Source: Pelomyxa schiedti (taxonomy: Eukaryota > Protista > Evosea). From it: DNA of 64,000 nt. Below are positions 36,738 through 48,607 of this stretch, piece by piece (positions within the stretch are counted from its first letter, which is position 1; every line of letters begins with the position of its first letter). The notes under the pieces are model-generated. The model saw only the letters and a list, made by a program, of their open reading frames with translations, was not told where the DNA came from and searched no databases. Both the position numbers and the translations under genes were made by a program. The stretch spans positions 1-64,000 of the forward strand of contig JAHLWZ010000825.1 in assembly GCA_020536535.1 (NCBI GenBank), read 5' to 3'.

Positions 36738-38130
36738 CTATGATGAATCACGTCGAACAGAGAAATGTCCCTCTGTGAGGTTGTCATCACTGAGTTTGTA
36801 GGGTGATTTTCCTACTGTTGAAGAACTAGGAAATTCAGTTAGTCGGCCGAAAGTGAGTTCGAGACTACCTATTTATGCAGTTCTTTGGGCAATTGTTGAT
36901 GCACCTACAACAGCCCAGGCACTTCTTCTTGTTCCATACGATTGGTGCATCTTCAACCTCAGCCGATCTTGTTAGGGCACCAAACGGGCATTGGCGCACA
37001 CATAGGTCACATTTGATGCATTTAGACTTGTCAACAGATATTTCTCCAACTGGCATTGCACACTTTGGTGTAAAGAGAAAAAGGAATTAAAGTAAGAAGA
37101 AAAAACTGACTGAGTTGGAGCTTACTGCCCAGTCTCCCAACCATCCGAGAGCATAACCCTGAGCGGATCCCCAAATTGAGAGAGATTGAACAGTTGAAGC
37201 TAGCAGCTTCGGGATGAGGGAATGTGAAAACTTGGTAATCTTATCACGCTCTTCACTACCCCAAAGTTGCTTAACTCCCTTTGGTGGATTCCAACATGTG
37301 TAATTAGCTGTTTCAATATCAGTTTTCAGAGGGCTTCATTAATTTGAATTTTCAATTAGTACTGAAGAATTACAGGGAGCAAGAAGAGTCAATTCTCCGA
37401 TCATTATTGCTCCTTTGCTTGACAGTGTATTCGCCATGTTGCTAGGGATGATGTAAGCAGACCACGGGGGAAAAAACCGTTAATCAGAACCTGAGTGCTC
37501 GGCCTTGGTTCCCCCCACAAGTGGTAAATACAAATGCCCTCTTGCCCCTCACGGAGTCAGGCTGAATTGCCGCCATCCACTCCCTCAGTGGGGGAGGTTC
37601 CTTGTATCCCCAAGTCAGACCACCAAACCCAATAGCATGGGCATCCGCAAGTGCGGCCTTTGCTGCGGGATTACTTACGTCCATTGCATCTGCACTTATG
37701 GGCCTTGCGCCACCTGTCCCAATTAGGGTTTTTTGTTTGTGAGTACGGGGTGGGGTGACTCCACAGAGTCAAAGGAGTGAAACTCACCTTCTGGGGCAGA
37801 CGGGGAAGTGACCGCTGTGGAGCCAGCCTCATTAAGCTCCTGGGCGATTCTCTTGGCCACGTAGGCAGTGTTGCCTGTCAGTGAGTAATAAAACACAACC
37901 ACACGAAGTACAGAGGAAGGCGACGACGAGGTTGTGACCGTGGCAGTGCTTGCTGCTGCTGTTGTCGATGCAGAAGTAGATGTAGCTGTAGCTGTAGATG
38001 TTGATGTTGATGGTACAGCTGATGCTGGGGTCGAGATTTCCGAAGTGGGGGTGGTGGCAACAGTTGCCGCTGCCGTTTCGGTCGCGGGTGCCGCGGCGGC
38101 GGTCTCCTGTTGTGACGGTTGGTCTGTCAT
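36738..38130 (-). CDS. Flavodoxin-fold plus 2x[4Fe-4S] protein (EFR1-like ferredoxin)
   Basis: VVVFYYSLTGNTAYVA (flavodoxin FMN loop), IGFG..TWG, AFVFTTCGG, CIKCDLCVRQCP and CLGCCRCINNCP, C-terminal TVGKSPY. Confidence 0.88.
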
Positions 38131-38312
38131 TACGAACCCCTCAGGTAATTATCACTTCTGTTCTGGGAATGCGGGCAAATTTGACGGTAGTGTAGTTCCA
38201 TGAATAAAAAGGTCGTGCCATAAAGGACGTGTGACATTGTACAGGCATAATTATGACGAACAAAAGAAGAGTCATGGGGGTTAGTGGGGTTTTTTTTACA
38301 ATTGCAAAGTTG

Positions 38313-39095
38313 TCAGCTGTTATTCGAAGCTGGAGGTTGTACAACTTTGTTAAAGTTGGTTGATAGGGTGGCTATTGCATCACGGAGTGCCTCCACAGGT
38401 GCCATGGGCCTCACAATTGTTGATGTAACTATAACACCCAAGCTGAACACTGTGGGAATCTAGACAATAGTTTAGCACACAGTTAGCTGGTGGTATTGGG
38501 AATCCCAAACACATACAAAACAGTCCCCAACTGTGGCTATTACCAGAGCTGACATAGCAACATTTTCCCCCAGCCCAGTGCGCTTTGCAACCTCGTAAGC
38601 CACAAACGGCAGAGCATTCGCGATTTTCATGACGGACACAAGTGCGGATTTGACATTTTGTGCAGACTCGGGGCTGAGGTGAGTATGCAAGGAAGGTGCT
38701 GCCACGCCTGAAGTAGGATTCGATGGTGGTTTGATGCTGCCCACATAGTTCATCAAGGCCTCTTTTATCTTTGTCTTGGCCTCACTTGCTTTGGCTATGA
38801 AGCCATGTAGTTTGTTGCTGTCAACAGGCATAGCAGTTCGTGCGATTTTCTGCTCCTGAGCCAGCTCGTCCAAGGCGCTGGCAATTCGAGAAATTTCTTC
38901 CTTTCAAAGAAAGTAAATGAACGAGGAAATAGGGGGGATGGAGTGGCAAGGAATCTAGCCCACAATGGAGAGCTGCCCTGTGGTAAAGTCGTTGACTGCA
39001 GCGGCGAGAACGTCACAGTACTCGTAAAGCACCTCGGGGTCATCACATGTTTGCCCGGTGATGTCAAACGGAGACTGTAGCAGAGGCAAGTCCAT
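38313..39095 (-). CDS. Hypothetical helical protein
   Basis: ATG 39095 (MDLPLLQSPFD), exon ORF 38472-38873 and last exon IPTVFSLG..NNS*. No family recognised. Confidence 0.5.
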
Positions 39096-39311
39096 CACTG
39101 TGATCACAGTCTGACCTACAACAGATATCTCTACCTCATCCTCTGGGTAGTTGTCCTTTTCGGTTCCTCCACGCGCAAAAAAGTCCTTACGACTAACGTT
39201 TCGAACTGGTGGTGTTCTCAGATCTGATCGACGATTTCCTTCTCCTTTTAACACCACAGAAAAGAAAGAAGAAAAAAAAGCAGATATTTCGTAATAACAA
39301 AGACACCCACG

Positions 39312-42238
39312 ATGACAGCCCTCTTCTCGTTCGGTGCGTCTGCAAATACCACAACACCATCGCTGTTCGGCGCCGCAACGCCGGCGGCCACGCCCTCGCT
39401 CTTCGGCACGCCGGCAGCCACGCCGTCCCTCTTCGGCACGCCCTCCACGACCCCCTCCGCCACGCCCTCGCTCTTCGGCACCGCCGCCACGGCCACCCCG
39501 GCCGCGACGCCCTCCCTGTTCGGCGCCCCGCCCTCCGCCGCGGCGCCCACCGCCACGGGCCTTGTCTTTGGCGCCGCGAGCGGCACCCCCGGCGCCACCA
39601 CCCCCTCGCTCTTCGGGACCCCCGGGGCCAGCACCCCGTCGCTGTTCGGCACGCCGGGGGCCACGGCTGCGGCGACTTCCACGCCGTCGCTGTTCGGCAC
39701 GCCGGGGAACCCTACAGCCACGCCGTCGCTTTTTGGGACGCCTGGAGCCACGGCCACTCCCACGCCGACGCTTTTCGGAACGCCGACGGCGGCGGCGACC
39801 ATGACGCCCGCGAATCCATTCTCGTTTGGGAATCCTGTAACTTCCACGCCTTCCACAATTGGAATTGGGATTGGGACTGGGGCTACAGGGTATACTTTGG
39901 CAGGGCCACTGCCGCCATTTCAATTCAAGCCGTTCGTTGATCGATCTAATAACGAGGAATTTTCTCATCAGTCCATCACTGCTTCCCCTGATGTGGCAAA
40001 GTGGTCGTTTGAGGAATTACGCTGGGACTATACACTAAAACGAGGGTTTGTTCTCTTTGTTCTCCTTTCTTCTTATCCTATTTCAAACTAACAGCATGTG
40101 TTAGTTCAGGTGCTTCTGTTACAACTCCCACCCCATCCAGTAGTCTTTTCCCAACAGCTACAACTACCCTCTTTCCACCTTCCTCTACAACTCCAGCAGC
40201 CACCCCGGCGTTTGGCTTTGGCACAACAGCTGCCACTCCATCACTCTTTAATCCAACACCAACTCCCTCTACAGGGGCAACCCCAACACCAAATCTGTTT
40301 GGGCTACCCGCATCAACTACACCTGCCACACCCAATCTGTTTTCAATGACGCCGAGCACTCCTGCAACTTCTACTCCCACACCGAATTTGTTTGGGATTC
40401 CCGCAACCACACCAGGGGCAACTACAACTACACCAAGTCTGTTTAATATTTCAACTCCTACAACTACACCTACTACACCAAGCTTGTTTGGACCCCCTGC
40501 GGCTGCACCTACTTCTACAACGCCAAGCCTCTTTGCTCCAAGCTCTTCAACACCTTCACTATTTGGCATGCCACCTTCAACACCCTCACTCTTTCCATCA
40601 ACGCCAACATCAACACCAGCAACATCAACACCAGCAACCTCAATCTTCTCCCCTATCCCTGCAGCATCAACCTCGCTCTTCCCCTCGACTCCTTCAAATC
40701 CAACAACTTCTTTGTTCGCGCCGACCCCAGCAACACCATCATCCTCTCTTTTCCCGCCAGCAACTAATTCTTTATTCTCACCAACTCCAAACTCACTCTT
40801 CTCATCCACAACGCTCCCGAAGCCCAACAATCCCCCCAGTATTTTTACCCCAGCAGCAACTCCTGCTACTTCAAGTAGGTTTCCTTAATTACTTGACTCT
40901 TTAACATGCTTACAGATCTTTTTCCATCTTTTGGTGGACAATCTTCGATTCCCGGATCACCTGCCACTCCTACAACAATAGCCCCAAGCACATCAGTGTC
41001 AAGCTACGGAAATGTCCCCAGTTTCAGTGACCTCAAAGGCAAACACTCGAATCCCCTCCCTACACTGCCTTCACCCCTCAGTCCAAACTCCCCCCAAGGT
41101 GTGTTTCTTTCTGTTGACTAACTTTTCTTTCTTACTTTGTTTAGACCAGCACACCATTTCCAGAGGTATCTCTATTTCCACCAGTCTTCTGGTGAACCCT
41201 CGAGCCAGGTCCCCAGTGCTCCCTGCCGCACTCAATTCGACTAACTCACGTGTGTCAATTGACAAGGGTTCTCCAAACCGTAAAGTTCAGGCATCAGTAA
41301 GGCTTGAGGGGATGGTGGATAACATGTCAACACTCCGGGATAAATCCGATTCCCCGGCCTCCTCATATTCCTCCTCAGTAATTAGACCCCGCCAAGTGAA
41401 TGCCTTGCTATCTGAGTCCCCAGGAGGCGAGACCAACCGGAAGCAGTTCCACCGCTCCGTCCCGCTGTCGTCTCCAGGGTTGCCCGCCAGCAACGCCGTA
41501 AACCTCTCATTGTCCAATGCCAGCAGCGAGGACGAAGACCCAGAACAAAACGAAAGCATGGAGTACAACCACCACCAACCCACAACCACGCCACAGCGCT
41601 CCCCAAACCCCTCTCCCTCTTCAGGTTCATCATACTCTTCTCCATCCTCCGCGTCACCCTCATCCTCATCAACAACATCATCAGCATCAACAGCATCCCC
41701 ATCCTTCATCATACCCAAGTGCGTGGACAACTTCCCGAGGGGGCCCACCAACCCCAAGCTGACATTCCACGACCCGCAGTACTACACCTACCCGCCCCTC
41801 CGCGCCCTGCAGGCCATGACGCCGGAGCAGCTCGGCTCGGTCGTCGACCTGACCATCGGGTGCGAGGACGTCGGGGAGGTGTTCTTCCCGGGGCCCACGG
41901 ACCTGAGGGGCGTGGACCTGCGCGAGTCCGTAGAGTTCACGCCGCGCCACATCACGCTGTTCCCCAACAACGTGAAGAAGCCACCCGTGGGCACCGGGCT
42001 CAACAGGCCCGCGAGGCTCACGCTGCACAACTGCAAGCCGAGGAACGCGAGCCAGCAGGGCAAGTACGCTGAGAAGCTGAAGCAGGTGACGGCTCAGTTT
42101 GGCGGCAGGCTGGTTTCATACGACCCAGACACGGGCAAGTGGGTCTTTGAGGTGGACAACTTCTCGGTGCAGCCAGGTTCCATCCCCCAAACCCCACCTT
42201 CCAAAGAGACAACCAACAACACCCAACGTCGTCTTTGA
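39312..42238 (+). CDS. NUP98: Nucleoporin Nup98-like (FG repeats, GLEBS, autoprotease/APD domain), not fused to Nup96
   Basis: Many TPSLFG repeats; GLEBS-like HQSITA...SFEELRWDY; APD PKL..YYTYP..KKPPVGTGLNRPARLTL..YDPDTGKWVFEVDNFS. Confidence 0.92.
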
Positions 42239-42337
42239 AAATACCACCGCATACACCCAAAAAACGCAACAAAAAAAAAAAAAAGAAATCTTTGAGTTCC
42301 ACGTTCTTGTTTCAACTACAATTAATTTCGATCAGCA

Positions 42338-43577
42338 ATGACGGACCTCCACAAGTGCAACAAGTGCGGGGCCAATGCGTCGAGCCGGTGCTCCAAGTGC
42401 CGCGAGGTGTGGTACTGCACGCGGGAGCACCAGGTCTCGGACTGGCCCGCGCACAAGGCCCAGTGCGCCAAGTCGCGGCAGCAACAGCAGCAGCCCCAAG
42501 TCGCCGCGAGCAACCTCCCCGACCCACACGGCCCGAGTTCCCCCTCGCAACCTGCGACTACGACGAGCGCGACGCAGGAAACGGCAGCAGCCAAGGGGGA
42601 ACCCACGGCAACGAGTGCCACTGCTACTACTAATACGGCGGCAGCGACGGTTTCATCGGCGGCGTCTTCTGCCTCTGCGGCTTCTGGGGCGTCGGCGACG
42701 GCGGAGCCGGCACATAAACACCCGACGCTCGAGGAACTTTGTGGAAAGGTAATAGCGTCGTTTGAGCAGGTGGACGAAAGTTTGCACGACACGTGCTTCG
42801 CGGCGGCCGAGTTTCCTGCCGATTCGCCTACGTTCAGCGTTACGGCTGTGAGAAATCCCCAGAGCGTTGGTGGAGGCGGTGCTCGGAAAAGGGACTTGAA
42901 TGTTGTGCGGAACAAGGTGAAGTCTGCTGGTGATTGGGTGTCAACTCCGCCTGGAGGAGGAATGGTGCAGTCGGACGATGTTCTGAGAGCTTACTGGGTA
43001 ATGAGAGCAAACAAAAACAGCACTGCTTTGTCTGTGGTGCTGCTTGAGACTGTACAGTTGCGTACTTACTTTCCCCTGTAATCGTTGCTTACACCCAGCC
43101 AGGAAAGTAGGAAAGGTGATTTACAAGGATATGGTTCTAAAATCGGAATGGTGCCACATGGTGAGACTGGGTGTCGAGCCACCTAAAATCGGTCACCTAG
43201 ATATCTCTGGTGCCAAATCCACAATTCCAGCCAATACCAGCCGGGACTATCTTCACACCTGGGTCGAATTTGACATCCCCAGCAGCGCCATCAGCACAGC
43301 AACAACAACTGAAACCACATCGACCTCCACCGAATCCACTCCCAACAAAACCCCGGAGCCCCAGAGCATAGTTGTGGACCTGGCCCTTCCACAGTTCGAC
43401 CTGTGGCCTGCCGGAATGTGCAACCCCATCGCAATTCTGCCTGCTGACAAGCACCTGGGCCTGTTCAAGCGGCACCGCGAGCTAAGCAAAAGAGAGGCCA
43501 AATTGTCCAGTGCTAGCTTCTCCTCGTGCGCCGACCAAGTCTCCCAGTGCTTGGGCTTGCTCTTCTCTCGCCACTGA
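42338..43577 (+). CDS. MYND zinc-finger protein with a C-terminal domain bearing a transglutaminase/papain-like motif
   Basis: CNKC..CSKC..YCTREHQVSDWPAHKAQC (MYND); second exon HTWVEF...VVDLALPQF. Confidence 0.75.
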
Positions 43578-43663
43578 ACTTCCAAATTTCTTTTGGAAAA
43601 ATAGATTTCCTGTTTCTAATCATTCATTTAGAACCGACAATAAAAAAAAACCGAATAGCGAAC

Positions 43664-45130
43664 ATGCAGGATGACCTGCCGCTGAACCGTGACGATCTAA
43701 TTGCGGCGATCGAGACGTGTGACTGCGAGATTGTATCATCTTTTGAGTTTTTTTTCCTACCCTTCCCCATCAACCCTGAGTTCATTCAACTTGTTAAGCA
43801 AAGTGCTGGGGAGGCTGAGTGTCATTCGGAGGGAGTGTTGTTGTTGAAATTTAGTAGAGCACGTGCGTCGGCGAGACTGGGAAGGTGGAATGATTGTGTG
43901 GCCGATTTTGCTGACTCTTGTATGCATACATATGTAACCTTGCTGAGTGAATTTCTGCACCCTAACTCACAACTTGTGACATGCAACCCGTCAAGGCTTT
44001 GCAACATCTCCACTAAAGGCTGAGGCTGAGGCGTACACCAATGTAATTTCACTGGAAATGCAATCTGGGCACTCCATGCCTACGGATTGTTTGTGCTCCC
44101 ACTGTCCTGTCTACTTCTCTCACTGTGTGTAGTTCACAATCTAAATGGTGAAATGAAGAAACCTCGGATTTCTTATATCGCAGATATTGGTAATGCACGG
44201 CTCTTTCTTTTTAACTTCCACACTAATGGCTCAAAGAAAAGAGGGTAGGAAATGTGCTGTTTGGGCAAAAGTATTATGAATTATCTATTAAGTACTATAG
44301 TTATGCTCTCACTCTCGATCCATCGATGTCTACTGCGTTTTGTAATAGGTTTTGCATACCATTCCTATTTTTTATTATTTAATTTGGTTAACTAAGAGCA
44401 GCAGCAACTGCCATTCTTTCTCAGTGTATGCCGCGTGGCTCCTTGCAACTGCTCAGTGCTTTCACTGGTGCCATACGAGACTGCACGAATGCGATAAGAC
44501 TGGACAAGAACTATATTAAGGTTCTTCCTCCATTAAGAAAGTACCTCTGACCTCTCAAGGCATACATTCGTCGGGCCCAACTTTGGAGCAAACTGAAGAT
44601 TTATAAATCATCTCATTTTGACTACAAGATTGCCATGAAGTTATCTACCAAAAGTAACCGCTTACCGGTTTTTACACATCTCAATATGCTTGTTTTCAAT
44701 TTTCAGGTAACACTGTTGTACCCCAAGAAATAAAGCAGGAGTACCGACAGGCGCTCTTTCGCAACCAAGTTTGTCGAAGTTGGAATTACTTCTCATTGAA
44801 AATGCCATCAATGGAGCAAATGGAGAACCTCAGAACTAATGAGCAGTTTATTTCCTTTTTATCACGGGGCACTGTCAAGTCACTGCTTAGGCTTCTCAAA
44901 AGAAATCCATGCTATATTCCTTTTCTTATGGAGGTATTCTTCGGACCATTCTTTCTTCTTTAGAACTCAACGGTGCCAAGAACTCCACAAATCGACGCAC
45001 CTTGTGTCAGCTTATGTCATTCCTCAACCCCAACTTCACTCCAGAGCTGGAACTTGCTGAAGCCAGAGCAGCTGCTCTTTACAAGAAGAAAAGCTCATCT
45101 TATACTCCCACAACCACCAACAAATTCTGA
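43664..45130 (+). CDS. Multi-exon hypothetical protein, possibly TPR-like
   Basis: LLLKFSRARASARLGRWNDCVADF resembles a TPR helix pair. Downstream exons only loosely resolved. Confidence 0.4.
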
Positions 45131-45253
45131 ATTTCCAACAACAATTCGGACAAACAACGAACCCCCCCCCCCAACACCCAGCCAGCCCAAACAACAAACA
45201 GCAAGCACATCTCTTAATCAAAGCAACGATTTCTGTCCCATTTTTCTAGAAAA

Positions 45254-45891
45254 ATGAAAGAGGAGACACCAAAGTGCCGCGCGGGGAAACGTGGGTGGTT
45301 CGGCCGAGTGTTGTTCATACTGCTTCTTCTTCTGGCCGTCAACTCCACAAGGTTCTTCATAGGCACCTTGGGAGTGGGCGTGCGCGGCTGGCTGTCCATG
45401 AACAGCTGCGCCCCGTCGATATTCACGTACCTTGTGGGGTGCGCTTTGTGCCGCTGCGGGGGAACGCACGCAGTTGGACAGGCAGTGATGGTGGCCGGGG
45501 CCGTCAACATGGCGAGGTACGGAACCATGGGCCTGTTTGTCTTCTCGTGGAGCGGAATCACCGGCCTGATAGTGCAGAGCTCCCACCTAACGATGACAGT
45601 GGCTGTGCTTAGAGTCCTGTGTCACGTGTTTCTGTTCAAAAGTGAGTGCGGGTTGCGGCCGCATCAGGCTGTGTTTCCATTCCCATTTCATTCCCTCGTG
45701 CCCCTCTCTTCTCAAATTCCTTTCAATTAGAAATCAAAGTGCATACAGCAGCAGCAGGATTGGCCTTGGGGTTCCTGATTCTAGCAGCTCTGACAGCCAA
45801 TCAGTGGCAGTGGTTTGCAGCACACCCAGGAGTGTTAGATCGCCTTTTCTCTGGGGACTTGGATCCCTCCATCATGGGGGAACAGACCTGA
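45254..45891 (+). CDS. Small multi-pass membrane protein resembling an uncharacterised prokaryotic family
   Basis: WLSMNSCAPSIF..MARYGTMGLFVFSWSG..IVQSSHLTMTVAV; two exons. Family resemblance is from memory only. Confidence 0.55.
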
Positions 45892-45930
45892 TGGAGAAAG
45901 GAAAAAAAAAAACAAAAATTGTTCCTTCTT

Positions 45931-47076
45931 TTAAACATGTGCACACTTCTTTAGAACAACAGATGGTCCTGTCTCATTGTACTCTTCCTTACTGACCCAC
46001 ATACTTTGGAAGGTAGACAAGGATGCTAGAATGGATCCGCCAATCCACGTGGATATCTTCCTGTCCTCAGGGGCAATAACCTTAACCATCATGGAAGTGG
46101 GCACTAGGGTGTGCAATTCCTTCTGCAGTCGCTCCGAGTAACCAGTAATATTGGTTGCACCTCCCGAGAGAACGATATTCCGAGACAGGTCTTTGCGGAT
46201 ATCTACATCAGACTTCGTGATAGAGGAATAAATCAATTCGTGAACTCCTGGAAGAGCTAACCCAAGTAGCGATGGCCTGAATATTGGTTCGGTACACTGG
46301 AATCGCTCTCTTCCCAGTGTTACAGTCTGCCCATCAGGAAGAACATAAGACTTATCAGTGGCACTCTCTGTGTCATAATCTAGGCTGATATAGGCCAGGT
46401 TCTCTTTAACCAGACGAGCGGATTCACGGCAAGTGGAAGAGGGAAATCTGTAACCATTCTGTGACATAAGGGATATCAAGTAGTCTGTAATATCACGGCC
46501 TGCAATATCCTCCCGGAGAATGGCATGACTAGAGTTGTAACCCTCATATACAGGTGTTGTAAAAGTAACACCCTCTCCACATTCACAGACTAGGCCTGTT
46601 GTCCTGCCTGACGCATATAAGGAGAGAACAGACTGCAACTGCACGAAACAGGAATCGAATGCGAGCTTCTCAAAGGTCAACTGTACCATCTTCTCTCTGT
46701 TTGATTTGGGATTGAAAGGAGGCTCCGTAAACAGTATCTTCTTCTCTGTGGGCATAGAGGATTTGAGAACATGTCGCACAACTTTTTCAGCATCGCTCCA
46801 GTCAGCAACCAAACCGCGTTCAACGGGGAATCGCCACGCCACACTGTCCATCCTATCAATAGCCTCCTTCCCCACTTTATGGTGTTAAATTAGCAAAGAG
46901 CATGACTTTAAGGCAAGTGGCTATATACCATAGAACTCCTCTGACGCCGATGAGCCGTAAGATGAAGATCTAGGCAGCCCAACAACCGTAGGAAACGAAC
47001 TAGGCACGTCATTTCCTGCGAAACCGAACCTTGTGTTCGCAGATCCCAAGTCAATAACCACCCCACACTCCGACAT
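45931..47076 (-). CDS. Divergent actin / actin-related protein
   Basis: VVIDLGSANTRFGFAG, LFTEPPFNPKSNREKM, SLYASGRTTG, DIAGRDITDYL, DIRKDL..NIVLSGG, ISTWIGGSILASLSTFQSMWVSKEEY. Confidence 0.92.
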
Positions 47077-47330
47077 TTTTTTTTGTTTACTGGTCCGTTG
47101 GATCTCGACCAGGCGAAGTTGAGTTACTCCGAAAAAGAAGAAAAATTAAAAAACTCCCGAATATCAGAAGCTCTTTCTTGGTTCTTCTCATCGTGGCTTT
47201 GCCCTCAATGGTGTCCTAAGAAGTTCTTCATCATTTCGTTTGTTTGGTTGTTTGCCGTGCCACACGCCATTCTTTGTTTTCAGAAACCTTCCTCATAACA
47301 AAATTGTGGGTCCACAACAGGTAAAATTTT

Positions 47331-48593
47331 CTAGCGAAATGATTTGGATTGTTGGAGGCACTGTTGGTCTTGTTGTATGGGCAGAGAGAGAAGCAATAAT
47401 TCTCTCTCGGGATATGCGTCGGCATAAACCCTGAAGGGTTTCTGAACGCAGTAGGGTGGCAACATAATATTCACTTGTCTAAATGATCCCATTTCAGACC
47501 ACACAAGTTCAGAGTTGTTCTGTTGTAACAGTGATGAAAATCAAATCAGTACTGATTTTGGCTCAACCTACCTGCAACTGGTGATTGTTGGTTGCGAGAA
47601 GCCATCTCGCCCCAGAGTCTCCAGCATTTATGAGGGCAGATTGGACTCCTGCCGTCGGCAAGTGGAACAGTGTATCACGCATCATAACAACATCCACTGG
47701 AGGCAGTATGTCAAGGGTGTTCCTGGTGAAGTCCAAGAATGCAAAGTGCCAGTTGGAGTGGTTTGAGAAAGTTCGTCGGTGGTCCTCAATGAGACCACGG
47801 ACGGCATCAGATCCAAAATACTCAATGGCTATTCCATGTTTCTCTTGCATTAGATTAAGAAAAGTTGGCATCCAAAACATGGATCCACAGGATGCATCCC
47901 ACAGGCGCCTCATTCCAGCGTGCAGCATTAGGTCCTCCAGGGCCGTCATTGTAAAGATTGCTCTCTTTTATTCAAGGTTATATTCAGGGGAAAAAACCTC
48001 CCCAGATACTTCCAAAATAGACCCAGGCCCAGAACCTCCTCCTTGTGTAGTCCATTCTCTTTTTGCATAGATTCCATCAAAGTACTGTAAATCGATGCTT
48101 ATTATGTTGAGTGCATGTATTTCAGTGGTATTTATTAATCATGGCGCGGTATATTTATGCAAAAGGAATATTATGTAGCTATCAAACCAACCTCTGTTAA
48201 AGCATTTGGTGTGGATTCCACTAAAATGGCTGTAAGCAAAAAATGGGAGAACCAGTTCCGAAACATACTTACACAACCAAGTTCGGGCCAAATAGAACCC
48301 TCCACGCATTTTTCGCATAGTCTACATCCAGTGCACACGGCACAGGTATTTCTGCACGAATTACCTGCAAGTCACAGTGACCAACGGAAAATAACATGTC
48401 GTGATGTACCCTGTTCCAATTGACCCGTGTAATGAGAACGCAGTGCGAACAACGAGAGCACCTTTGAGGCAAAGAAAACAAGTTAGAGAGCCTTCACACT
48501 AACACAAGTGAATGTCAACGATGTCGTTGGCACCTGAAACCACAAGAAAAGAACCCCAACACAGCCCATCAATATCATCCACTGCGCTTTCAT
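47331..48593 (-). CDS. Class I SAM-dependent methyltransferase (bacterial-type family) with N-terminal signal anchor
   Basis: FDGIYAKREW..GGGSGPGS, LWDASCGSMFWM, YFGSDAV, FLDF..LPPVDVVMMRDTLFHL, LLATN, GSFRQVNIMLPP. Exon 1 is MKAQWMILMGCVGVLFLWFQ. Exons between 48100 and 48500 are uncertain. Confidence 0.75.
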
Positions 48594-48607
48594 CGGACAA
48601 AAAAAAA
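48505..48607. repeat. Dispersed duplication copy B (first exon of the methyltransferase gene)
   Basis: Matches 2720-2822 with 4 mismatches. Confidence 0.9.

Noticed and set aside
39360-39800. Regularly spaced ~20-bp direct repeats (ccctcgctcttcggcacgcc-like) resembling a CRISPR array
   Set aside because: They are in-frame TPSLFG codons of Nup98, vary at third positions, have codon-multiple spacers, and no cas genes are present.
38955-39968. 337-aa minus-strand ORF and other long overlapping ORFs (23893-25107 +, 16695-17210 +, 22515-23093 +, 35309-36001 -, 40078-40830 -)
   Set aside because: Antisense or alternate-frame shadows of GC-rich low-complexity coding exons, with no independent motifs.
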